A DNA stretch of 56,042 nucleotides. Source: a virus. The stretch's first letter is position 1, and each line of letters starts with the position of its first letter. The position numbers and the translations under genes were made by a program. The stretch is from positions 1 through 56,042 of IMG/VR virus record IMGVR_UViG_3300017973_000002; one strand, given 5' to 3'. Positions 16,286-27,100 of the stretch are shown in pieces. Below the pieces are notes generated by a model. That model made no database searches and was not told where the DNA came from. It saw only the letters and a list, made by a program, of their open reading frames with translations.

Positions 16286-16369
16286 ACACACACCGTTTTT
16301 TGTAATAAACACACAGACATAAAAAGCTAGTTGAGTGCAATTCGCCTGCATAGTCAACTAGCTTTTTTT
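16286..16369 (+). ncRNA. Candidate ~85-nt small RNA with a CA-repeat 5' seed (CACACACACC) ending at an intrinsic terminator
   Basis: Bounded by the promoter at 16252..16279 and the terminator at 16321..16369. No ATG or SD inside. The seed is complementary to GGTGTGTGTG elements at six early-gene RBSs. Confidence 0.45.
16321..16369. terminator. Bidirectional intrinsic terminator
   Basis: AAAAAGCTAGTTGA ... TCAACTAGCTTTTTTT. 9-bp GC-containing stem (16326..16334 / 16354..16362) flanked by an A-run and a T-run. Confidence 0.8.
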
Positions 16370-16378
16370 GTGCTTATT

Positions 16379-16648
16379 TTAAACGTAAATTTCTTTTATG
16401 TTCGGATCATCATGTTCATTCGGCATTATCTTGGTGTAATACGGTGGAATCGTTTTGCGAATATCTTCTATTGTATCTGCTAATGTATAACAATTTGTTG
16501 GTTTATCTGTATCAAATAACCTTGCTACAAAGTGTTGTGGAAAATCTAACGGTTTTTCATACACAACAATAATAGGTAGTTCTATATCAGATAAATCTAA
16601 ATCACTAAAATGGTTAATGGGTTCGTTTATCATTTTATTTTTTCCCAT
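16379..16648 (-). CDS. Hypothetical protein (89 aa) co-transcribed with the abrB homologue
   Basis: Track ORF overlapping the abrB-like stop. Weak RBS (alternative ATG at 16633). Confidence 0.55.
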   Translation of the reverse strand: MGKNKMINEPINHFSDLDLSDIELPIIVVYEKPLDFPQHFVARLFDTDKPTNCYTLADTIEDIRKTIPPYYTKIMPNEHDDPNIKEIYV

Positions 16649-16919
16649 TCAATTTATCAATCTCTTTAGTAAGTAATCGTAACCCTCTTGAACTAACTGT
16701 AATTTTCCCATCTAATATAGAGATATTATCCCTAGACGTTTCACCAGTGATAACACAAGTGTTGTCATTTTTATACTTTTTAATAATGACACAATCATCT
16801 TCAACAAACATTTCGATTGGGTCATATTCATTAAATTCTAACGTCTTTCTCATTTCCTTTGGTATAACAAGTCTACCTAACGGATCAAGTTTTCGCACCA
16901 TACCAGTTGCTCTACGCAT
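16635..16919 (-). CDS. abrB: Full-length AbrB (transition-state regulator) homologue, 94 aa
   Basis: Start at ATG 16919 (GGCGGGAG RBS). It aligns over its whole length with my recollection of B. subtilis AbrB: TGMVRKLDPLGRLVIPKEMRKTL ... IIKKYKNDNTCVITGETSRDN ... versus TGIVRKVDELGRVVIPIELRRTL ... ILKKYKPNMTCQVTGEVSDDN. Confidence 0.85.
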   Translation of the reverse strand: MRRATGMVRKLDPLGRLVIPKEMRKTLEFNEYDPIEMFVEDDCVIIKKYKNDNTCVITGETSRDNISILDGKITVSSRGLRLLTKEIDKLNGKK

Positions 16920-16950
16920 TTTTCTCCCGCCTTTTTGTTGTAATCGTCTA

Positions 16951-16981
16951 AATTTTACCATATTTTGAATTAATAGGTATA
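16951..16981 (-). promoter_or_regulatory. Extended -10 promoter (TGGTAAAAT) for the abrB-like operon
   Basis: Minus-strand TGGTAAAAT = 16960..16952, about 25 nt upstream of the RBS. The -35 is weak. Confidence 0.45.
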
Positions 16982-17016
16982 AAAAAAGAACACGCCCGAT
17001 GTCGTAGACGTGTTCT
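16981..17016. terminator. Bidirectional intrinsic terminator ending the lysis cassette
   Basis: A7-AGAACACG ... CGTGTTCT-TTT. On the minus strand the stem is followed by U7. Confidence 0.75.
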
Positions 17017-17067
17017 TTTCCACCAAATATAGAATACAGAGTTTTATCGTACCTTTAATGTATCAAA

Positions 17068-17667
17068 TCACTTCGTATTTGTAAATGGTTTATATACTAC
17101 CCCAACCACTTTCAGCAAGGCTTTTGCAACAACTTCTGCTACTTCATTTTGATTAGCTTCTGCTGTAATAAAATCAGTATCAGCTTTCGTATCTACAAAT
17201 AAAAATTCACCAAGTACAACAACTGGTTTTGATTTATCAATAATCGCTACCCCACCTAAATGACTGTCTTTACTTGATTTAAGGCCACGGTCTTTAAAGC
17301 CTTTTGATACAAAGTAGCTTGCAATGTCACTGTGAATTTGTTTTGATGTGTCATTCTTTACGTTAAAGCAAAGTGATTCATAACCAGTTCCCCCACCTGC
17401 ATTTAGATGGAAAGAAAAACCTAAATCAGCTTTGTTGATGATTGCAATTCGTTTACCTAAATCATCATTCTTATTTTCACGTACATCACTCTTAGTTGAT
17501 AATGAGTTGTCAGACGTGCGAGTAAGAAGAACATTGATACCGTGGCGCTTTAAAACGGTTTCTGTTTTCTTCATTAATTGAAAAGCAACAATGTACTCTT
17601 TTACAAAACCTACTGCACCTGTGTCTGGTAATCCATGACCGGCATCTAATACGATTGTTTTAGTCAT
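17068..17667 (-). CDS. N-acetylmuramoyl-L-alanine amidase (Amidase_3) endolysin, catalytic domain only
   Basis: IVLDAGHGLPDTGAVG zinc-ligand motif. 199 aa with no room for a separate wall-binding domain. Confidence 0.85.
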   Translation of the reverse strand: MTKTIVLDAGHGLPDTGAVGFVKEYIVAFQLMKKTETVLKRHGINVLLTRTSDNSLSTKSDVRENKNDDLGKRIAIINKADLGFSFHLNAGGGTGYESLCFNVKNDTSKQIHSDIASYFVSKGFKDRGLKSSKDSHLGGVAIIDKSKPVVVLGEFLFVDTKADTDFITAEANQNEVAEVVAKALLKVVGVVYKPFTNTK

Positions 17668-18073
17668 TTTTATTATCCCCCTTATTTTTAATAATCTCTA
17701 CGGCTTGGGCTAACACTTTTGGAATGGGTAAACCGATTCTGGAACTATTTTCGATGATGGATAAAATTTCATTGGCGATATAAAAGTACGTTACCGCACT
17801 TGAAACCATACTGACTTCTCCAAGTATCCTATCTATTAAATGACCAACAGCTACAAGTGAAAACATAGCCATTTTCTTAGCAATCCCTCTAAAGCCAACT
17901 TTACTTGATAATTTACCTTCAATACCACCTGCAAGACCCCCAGTTAAGTAATCCATACATGCAAGCGTTAAAAGAACACCAAGCGCAACTGACCAACCAC
18001 CAAACAAATATCCCACCACCCCTCCTAGTAAGCCTGCTTCTACACTAAAATGATTCCATTTCCCCCAGTTCAT
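17660..18073 (-). CDS. Holin (phage_holin_4_1 / Hol44-like)
   Basis: Start at ATG 18073 behind AGGAGG; the track's 5' extension overlaps the giant gene. LACMDYLTGGLAG...LSSKVGFRGIAKK signature and three hydrophobic helices. Confidence 0.85.
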   Translation of the reverse strand: MNWGKWNHFSVEAGLLGGVVGYLFGGWSVALGVLLTLACMDYLTGGLAGGIEGKLSSKVGFRGIAKKMAMFSLVAVGHLIDRILGEVSMVSSAVTYFYIANEILSIIENSSRIGLPIPKVLAQAVEIIKNKGDNKND

Positions 18074-18120
18074 ATAACGACCTCCTATTCCTTTAAAGTG
18101 TAGAGGACAATATATGCTAA

Positions 18121-18155
18121 AAAAACGCAAAAAAAGAGGGGCATTACACCCCTCT
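18121..18155 (-). terminator. Intrinsic terminator after the giant gene
   Basis: AGAGGGG-CATTACA-CCCCTCT hairpin (18135..18155). On the minus strand it is followed by UUUUUUUGCGUUUUU. Confidence 0.7.
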
Positions 18156-18158
18156 CCT

Positions 18159-21100
18159 TTACTTTTTACGAAGTTGTTTTTCTTGCTCTTTTTTCTGTGC
18201 ATTGTATTGTTGTACCCAGTTCCAAACTTCATTTAAGTTGTTCTCGTCATGTGGCTTATATTTGTTACCAATTCGAGCAATATCCATGCGTGCTTTTTCA
18301 AGTTTTGATAAGTAATCTTTTTTCTCTTGTGGTGAGATATTCGCATTACTCACATCACGCTTCATTGCACCGATAGTTGTCATAGTTGAACGCATACCCT
18401 CATATGATTTTACAATCTCATTTGGGTGATACTTTACTCCGTACCTATCTTTTGCCCCTTCTACGACTTCATGCGCTTTGTCATAAAATTTAGTCGTGTT
18501 ACGTGATCCGAATTCATCATTTGTATAGAACATGTTACCAACCACTGGTGTATCTTTTTGTGGTTTACCCATGAACAGTTCTAGTGCGCCTGCACCGTAT
18601 TTTCCAAAGAACCCTTTGATAAAGTAATCCATTTTCATTGGAGAAATACCGCCAAAATACTTCATATCTTCTGGTGACTTCCCTTTATTCACATAGTCAA
18701 AGTACGCTTTTGCTTGCCACTTACTAAAGCTACTTGTGTTTTCGTCATATTGTTCCAATGTTGGTTTCTTTTGTAAGTAGTCTGGAACAATCGGTGAACC
18801 AAAATACGTTTTGTTGCTATTCAGTTCTAGCATTGTGCTAATCCAAATTGGTACAACTGGCATACTGAACGCTTGGTCAATTGGGTTGAACCAATCCTCA
18901 CCGATTTTACGTGCTTCTTCGCTACCAAACTGAGAATCTAAAAATCTTTCTACATAAGCCATCGGCAGGGCATACATAAATGGTTTTGCAATCGCAATAT
19001 ACCCGAACCCAGTTGGCATTAACCAATAACGGTCACGGAAATATGACGGAATATCATCGTATTTATCATCACGGTCTAATGCTTTCGCTAAGAAGTACAT
19101 CATTAAGGTAATCGGTAGAATTTTCATTGCCATACGCCCAAGCACACGCTTCGGATTTGTTTTAAACTCCGTTGATTCACGGTACATACCTTGTATGCTA
19201 CCATGTGCGAATGATACTGGCATTGTCACTTTACGGAATCCTTGATTTACACCATGTAAACGGAAGTTCGTTGTAATGATATTCGCTTCGTGACCTGCTG
19301 AAATAAAAATCTTTTCAACCTTCTTGCGATCCTCGGCCGATAACTTCTTACGTCCGTCCATAATGTCATTGAATGATAGTCCTTCTTCTTCTGCTAGTTT
19401 CTGAATCATCGCAAACCATTGACCCATGCGGTGAATACTTTCACCTTTATGGAGATACGCACTCGGATTAAAGACTTTAAATAATTTATTATTTTTTAAC
19501 TTAAACAATGTCGGGTCGCCAGTTGGAAGTAAATCTTCCATTTTATTTGCTTTACGGAAATTTCGTAAAACAGATTCAGTTGAAGCGCTCATGCCCCCAC
19601 TATTGATGTATTGTTCAGTCGTATTTTTATCCATTCCAAGTGCAAGTGCTGTACCTTTGAATAAAGAGTATATCGCCCCTCGGCCACTGTTCGTTTGCAT
19701 TGCTGTACCCATTGTGTCACGAACTAATGAATCTGTGATGAATTTTGCGGTTGCGATATTTGTTAAACGTGTAAATCCAGATAGTCTACTTACAATTCGT
19801 AAATATGCTCCAACTGTTAGAGGTTGCATACTTGCTAAAGCATTATAAATATCTGGTGCAACTCGCATGAAAACTGGAATACGTTTACCTTTACTGTCAT
19901 ACTTCCAATTCATCAAGATTGGTTCTTTACTGCTTAACTGGTCACGTTTCATGAAAATCTGGAATACGTGTCCAGATAGAGAACCTTCTACATCATCTGG
20001 GTTAATACCTAAATCTTGATTAAGGATCGTTGCAACAGCTTCATCAATTTGCCCTGCTGAAATTCTTGCTACATAGCTTTGTGAAGGAATGATTTCACCA
20101 AATTGCCCCATACCTTCGGTTCTAAGTGCATTTTCTAAGCTATTTAAGACCCCTTTAAATTCTGCACTCGTTTCTGTTTCAACTAGCTTATACATTGAAG
20201 CTGTTAAGAAGTCTAACACAATCGCTTGTTTACCAGTGTAGGTTTTAACAGTTTGACGTGCTGATTTACGTTGTCCGTCTTGGCCGTTCAATCCTTCTCT
20301 CTTACTTGCATAATATGTTGGAATGTAGAAACTTGAGCCTTGTTTTACTTTTTCTTTTGTAATTTCATCAATGACTGTTCCTTGAAGTGCTTTTTCTAAG
20401 ACGATGTTACTTAGGTTTTCTGTGTACTCTTTAACGATATTTTCAAGGAATGGGAATAATTGTCTGCTATCCTCGATAATTTTCTTCGTTAAATTTTCAC
20501 TCATTGGGTTCACTTCAAACTTCTGTTCACCATCTTGGTTGAGCCTTGAATAACGTTCATTGTATCGGTATGCCTGCATAATAACAGATAATGTTTCAAA
20601 TGCGCTCATATCATTTTCTTTTCCAAGAATTGTATCAAGCGCTTGTTGAATAGCAGGACTTCTCATACCATCAAGTGCTTTACCTTTTAAGGTTAAATTG
20701 ATTTTTTCAAGTCCGTCCATTGCTACTTCTTGCAAGCTACGTGAACTAATTGCGTGAAGGTTCGCAAGTTCTTTAGGATTAGTAATACTTGAATCTTTTT
20801 TGTATTCTTTATAGAAATTTTCATAACGTTTTAGTGTACTTGGTGGAACGACTGTTTTATCTTCACGTTCTATCGCAAGGTATAAATCATGTAAGTGGTC
20901 TGGTAATTCACTGAAATTATCATACTGAATGATATTACGTCCACTGTTATCCTTCGCCCAACCAGTAAAGCTATTAATCGCTTTATCTCGGCCTTCACCT
21001 GCAAGTACCACACGTTTCACTAATTGGAAGTCTTTAATGTCACCATTCGCTTTTTCCATATCTTGAAATGGTATTGTGAAATCAACTAAGTCAAATACTC

Positions 21101-24100
21101 TACGTGCTACGAATCCTTTGACTGTTCCAGTTAATTTTTTACGAATTGGCGCATGTTTATCAACTTTCCCAACTTTGTATTCTTCACCGATCCCTTTTGA
21201 AATCTTATCGTCTTTTGGGAATTTAACTGTTCCAGAACCTCTTGTGAAGCTATCGCCTTCTGTATCCTTCGTTGCCCACTCTTTAGCATCATCAAAAGCA
21301 CTTTTCAGTTCCTTGTTTCCTTCGATGAACGTATCAATGAAAGAAACTGATTGTGGTGCTAGTTGTTTCGCCCCTTCATTGTCGATAAAGTACATCTGGA
21401 ATAGTTCAGCAAGACCTTCTTCTGCAACTTCTACTGGGTTTAATCCAGTTAAATCTGGGTACACTTCATTCGCTACATGTGTTAATTCTTTTTCGAGTGA
21501 TTTAAACACATCGAATCCAACATTATTCACAAACGCATGACCAAGTTCATGTGCCGTTACACGTAAGTTATGAACTTCTACCCCTCTAACGTTACCAGTC
21601 TTTCTGTGCGTATCATACATCGCTCTAACTTGCGAGCCACCACGGACGTATCCTTCACGTAAAACCGTATCAAGTGCATTGGCTATTCTATCACCAATTT
21701 TCTTCGCAACCTTCGGACTAATGACATTCGTTGTACCACCATCAAGACTTGTATCTAATAAGTTTTTGATACGGTCTTTTTTACCTGCTTTTAAGTTTTT
21801 AGCTGTGTTATTTTCACCTTCTGCTTTTGTGCGTTGTTCAGCTTCTTGTTGTCTTATGCTTTCAGCATTGTGTTTACGTTTTGTTGCTTCGCCCTCTGTA
21901 ATCCCTTTACGGTCTGTACGTTGGTAGTTGCGAATAAATTCCGTAACTGGCATTTGTTCTGAATTACCAGTCGTATAAATTTCGTGTTCTGTTTCATTTC
22001 CCGCACCGAATAAATCTGGATCACTAGACTTCGTAATATCTGTGATTTCTGAAACAACTACATCTGTTTTATAGTCTGGTTTATCTTCTTTAAGTTTCTG
22101 CTTATTTTTCGAAGGAACTGCACGGTAATCAATACCAGTCACCGTATAAAGTTTTCCGTCAGCTCTAAATACAGTATCAAAATTATTTGTTAATTCATGT
22201 TGTAAGGCTTCTTGACGTAAGCTAATGACATTGTTTTCAAGTTCTCTTAGCTTATCGCCCTCGGTGAAGTTTTCCGTTGCTTTCTTCTCTGATTCTTTTT
22301 TCGCAACTTCTAGTTCAGCTAACTGTTTTTCAGTGTATGGAGAATAACCTTTCTTCGCTAATGTTTCTACTGTATTTTCAAGACGTGCCATTGTTCCACG
22401 TCCTTCACTAGCAATAATATCACTAGCTTGAGTACGATTATAACCATTTACTGTACCGTCTTTTGCAATTTCACCGATTATTAAACTTTCATCAAGACCT
22501 AATGACTGATATGCGCTTTTACGTCCGTACATTACAACGTCCACACCACCAAGTTGACCAAGAACCTCTTGATAGTTTTGTTTACGTTCTTTTTTACGAA
22601 TGTCTAACACTTTCTCACGTAAGGCTTCTGTACCTTCCTTACGGTCTGTAAATGTTTTTCCGTCCATCACTAAATGAAAATCATCGCCACGAGTTGATTT
22701 AGCTTTTGCTTCTAACTTTTTATCAAAAGCAAGGGTTTCTTCTAAACTAGCTTTCTTCTCTGGGTATTCAGCAATTAGTTTAATTGCTTTCCCTTTTTGC
22801 TTCGTAAACTCACGCTGTAAATCAACTAAACGTCTAATCTCTTTTTCTATTTTCATTAATTCAATCATGCTCGTGTTACCAGTTGCACTCGCTTTGATTT
22901 CAGAAAAACTCATAATCTGTTCAGCGATTTCGTCCATCGAACGAATTTCAGTACCACCAGACATTACCTGTGCGATGAATTTCGCTTTGCTTTCAAGGGT
23001 ATTCCACATTAGGGCATCAAAACTTCCCTCGGTTACATAAGTCTTTATCGCAACATTTGGATTGAAGTTCCCTTGACGGATAATACGTCCCTCACGCTGT
23101 TCGATGTCGGCAGGTCGCCAAGTGGGATCAGCATGATGTAGCATTGTTAGACGTTTTTGTAAGTTCATACCAACGCCCATTTTTCCAGTTGAACCAATTA
23201 ATATTCGAATTTGCCCATCATTAAATAATTGAGATAATTTTTTCTTTTGGTCTGGTTTATTGTAATCGTGGATAAAGGCGATATGGTTTTCATCTATACC
23301 AAGTTCTACCAAACGATCTTTTAGGTTTTGGTACATACTTTTGTCAAACGCACTATCGTTATTACCTTCATCATCTTCTTTTACTTTGTCACTTGCTTTT
23401 GGTACACCAATATCCATGAATACAATCTGCGTACCATTATCAAACTTAAATTCTTTCCCTTCGCCATCAACACCTACATTATCTTTTGTTGTTCGTTTGT
23501 ACTCGTCAACTACTCCATTTGCAATTTCATTTAACTTGCTTCTTGGGTCACTCTCGGCTGTTCCATCAAATAAACGATAATCAAGCGCTAGTTGTTTACC
23601 TTCACCAGTTAGTTTCAGTGGATTGTCTTTAGAAGGGTCGTCAATTCCATTCGCTACAACTTCAGCACGTTTGACTATTATTTCTAAGTAAGTCCGTTGC
23701 TTTTCGTTCATAGGTGTTGTGATGGTAATACGGTCAGCATTTGGTCGTTTTAAATACGGAATATCATCAGCCATTTTTATATCAGCAATTGACTTAAAGA
23801 TACGCATAAGTTCAGCTACACTTGTAAATTTAGAAAAACGAGTTTTCTCAACGAATTTTCCTGCGGTATTTAATTCAACAGAATTTACTGTTGATCCAAA
23901 CATCTGCGCCCAACCATCAAAATGTTCCATACCTAGCTGTTTTAATTCATTTGGTGCAAGATAACGAAGTGTTGTAAACATTTCAGCCATACTATTTGCA
24001 ATGGGTGTACCAGTTGCAAAAACAACTTTACCGTTATTCTTATTCATATAGGAAGTTTTCATATACATATCAAACGCTTGTTGGCTATTTGAATTTGGCA

Positions 24101-27100
24101 AACCACCAATGCTTCCTAGTTTTGTATGGTATTGCAAATTCTTATAGCTGTGTGCTTCATCGACAAATAAAGCATCAACGCCTAATTCTTCAAATGAAAT
24201 CCCTAAATCTTTTTTATCTTTCTGCATTAAGGTTTCAATCTTTGCTTCATGCTTTTCAATCACTTTTTGAATTTCTTTTACTGTTGGCGACTTCCCATCT
24301 TCACTTTGTACGCTTTCAAGGAACGAACGTAATTTTGAAATTTCAGAATGAAGAAACTCTTGTTCATTCTCTGGGTTCAGTCCAAGTCGTTTAAAACTTT
24401 CGTAACTCATAATGACTACATCATAGTCACCATATTTTACATCAGCTAATGAACGGAAACGTAAAGCACGGTTCTTTTCAACTTCCATTTCGTACTGTTC
24501 ATCGCTCCACTTAGCATTACGAGTAATTGTGATCCCTGCAATATCCTTTTCTGTTTTCCCAGTCCCAATGACTTTGATTTTAGCGTTCGGATACGAATGT
24601 TGGAATTCCCTTGCGTGCTGTTCCATCATAAAAGTAGGAACAACCATCATTGGTTTTTTGATAATTCCTAGTCGTCTACCTTCCATGATTGAAACTTGCA
24701 TTTCTAAACTTTTTCCCGCACCCACAACATGTGCCAGTAACGTATTTGCTGAACGTAATATACGCATAACCGCATCTTTTTGGTGCTTGTATAACTTATA
24801 AACTGGGTTTAGGTTCGGAATTTCAACTGGGTTTTCATCAGTTCCATACATTCTCTCGCCATCGTATGTTCTTGGAACAACACTTGTGAATGAATCATTA
24901 TAGAGTTTCGTTAAATTTTCATTTACATCTGGTTCACCAATGACGAATTGTTTTAATTCATTCTGCAACTGTTCAACCACACGGTTAGAGATATTCAAGA
25001 TTTCTTCCCTTGCTTTATCTTGTTCACGCATAGGAGTATTTTCTACATCTAACGGTGGTTTTGATGATTTCATATTCATTAAATCTTCAATGACTTGGAT
25101 TCCAGTTTTTCCATACTTCGCATACTTGTGGCTAATCGCAAATGTTTCATTATTATGATGAGAACGTCCAGTTGTCGATTTTAACCCCCACGTTGCTGTA
25201 TCAAAGTTATGTGTGACTGTTACATTACTTAAACCAAGCGTTTTTTCAATGAATCGTTTGTAAACTTCTTTTGGAATCCACCCTTGTCCAAAACGAATGT
25301 CGTCAGCAATTTGTTCCATTGTTAATTGTGACGGAAGAACCTTTTCAAGTTCTGCAATATTACGGTTTAATCCATTCGCTTTTGCTACTGCTAATTTTTT
25401 AGCGATATTTCCACTTAAATACTCATCGTCCGTTACATACGCTTTTTCTTGTGGGTCATAGTAAATGTGACCATCTTTTTCAAGTTCTGCGATTGTATCG
25501 TCTTTTGATTTACCAAGTAAGTCGGAAACTAATTGAAGGTCTAACTCACCACGATGAACAAGTGATAAATTAAGCGCTTCTTTTACATTACCTTTTGTAT
25601 CCATTACAACATCTGGAAATGTTTGACGCGCCTTGAATAAATCAACTTTTGCCCACTTCTTACCATCTCGTTTTTCAAGTGAACGAAGCATAGCAACTGT
25701 ATGAACATCTTTTTCAAATGGTGTGAGTACCCCTTGTTTATTCATTTCACCGTGGGTTTTCACAAAATCATCATACATTTTATTTAACGCTTCACGTTCT
25801 TTTACCATATCTTCTGACGGAATGGCTTTGTTTTCTTCTTTTGCCATTAAGTCTAAGTAAGATTGGCGAACCTTTAATGAATCTCTTAATACTGGAACGT
25901 GTTCTTTTGCTACTTTATATGGAATCCATTGACCATATGTGTACTGGAAGAATACACCACCACGCTCATGAATTGCCCCTTCATGTTGGCCGATTGTTTC
26001 TTTTGCCCAGTCCTCACTTACAGCGTTATTCACTTTTACTGGCACATCACTTACCGCATTACCGTGAATAAAACGATTTTCAAAAATCTTTTTAATCGTT
26101 TCAAAAGCCTTTTTGAACTTTTCTTCGAATCCATCATTCGTAAACACTAGTTCGTCATGGTAGCGAGTACCTTCTTTCATTCCCCCTGCAAGTTGCTCTG
26201 GGTTTGCAATGAAGTATTCATTTAATTTACTGCGACTTCTACCGTCATAGCTGACATTTTCTGCGATACGTGAAGATGTGTGATTACTACCTTGTACTTT
26301 TTTACGGAAAAATAAAATATCCGTTGCAACATTTGTGCCTGCGTGTTTAAATGCTCCTTGCGGTAAACGGATCGCTTCAAAAAAGTCTGTATTCGCTTCA
26401 ATATATCCACGAACTTGTTGACTTTGCCATTCCTTCCCATCAAGTGAGCTAGTCGAAGTGATTAATAAACCAATACCACCTTCTTTTAAAAGGTCTAGGT
26501 TCTTCACTAGGAAGTAATCATGCACGTTATGTGTCGCATAAGTCATTAAAACTCCGTTATGGTCTAATTTCCCTTTTGGTAGACGGTTGCCTTCTTCGTC
26601 TTTTTTCTGACCTTTCGTTTTGTCCGTGTAAGTTAAATCATTTACTTTCTTATCAACGAACGGAACATTACCAATAACAACATCAAAGCTACCTTCGGTT
26701 GCGCTAAAATTTTGGAATCCCATATGATGATGGGTTTGGTTCGGATACAGTGCCTTTGTAATTCGGTGCGATAAATCATTCAGTTCAACTGTTGTGAATT
26801 TATGTTTCCCTTTTACTTCATCAACTGGGAACGCTCCAACAAACATACCGTTACCAACTGAACTTTCTAAGATTTTTCCACCATCAAAGCCTGCTCCAAG
26901 TAATACATCATACATTTGACTAGCGATTTCGTGACTTGTGTAAAAACTTGTTAAGACTGTATCACGCATACCTTCCCACTCTTGCTGTGTAATCAATCCA
27001 CTTTCTACGTGTGACTGTAATTCAGCATATTGTGGTTTTGATCGGTCAAAATATTCTGGTAAACCGCCCCAACCTTGATATTTAGCTAGAGTATCTAATT

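Noticed and set aside
16379-16961. AbrB-fold gene plus small downstream ORF as a MazEF-type toxin-antitoxin pair
   Set aside because: The upstream protein matches full-length AbrB, including the C-terminal domain, rather than a short MazE antitoxin. The 89-aa partner shows no MazF/PIN/RelE-like features.
17660-18232. 190-aa version of the holin ORF
   Set aside because: The N-terminal 52 residues overlap the giant gene's 3' end and its terminator. ATG 18073 has a perfect AGGAGG RBS and yields a canonical holin length.
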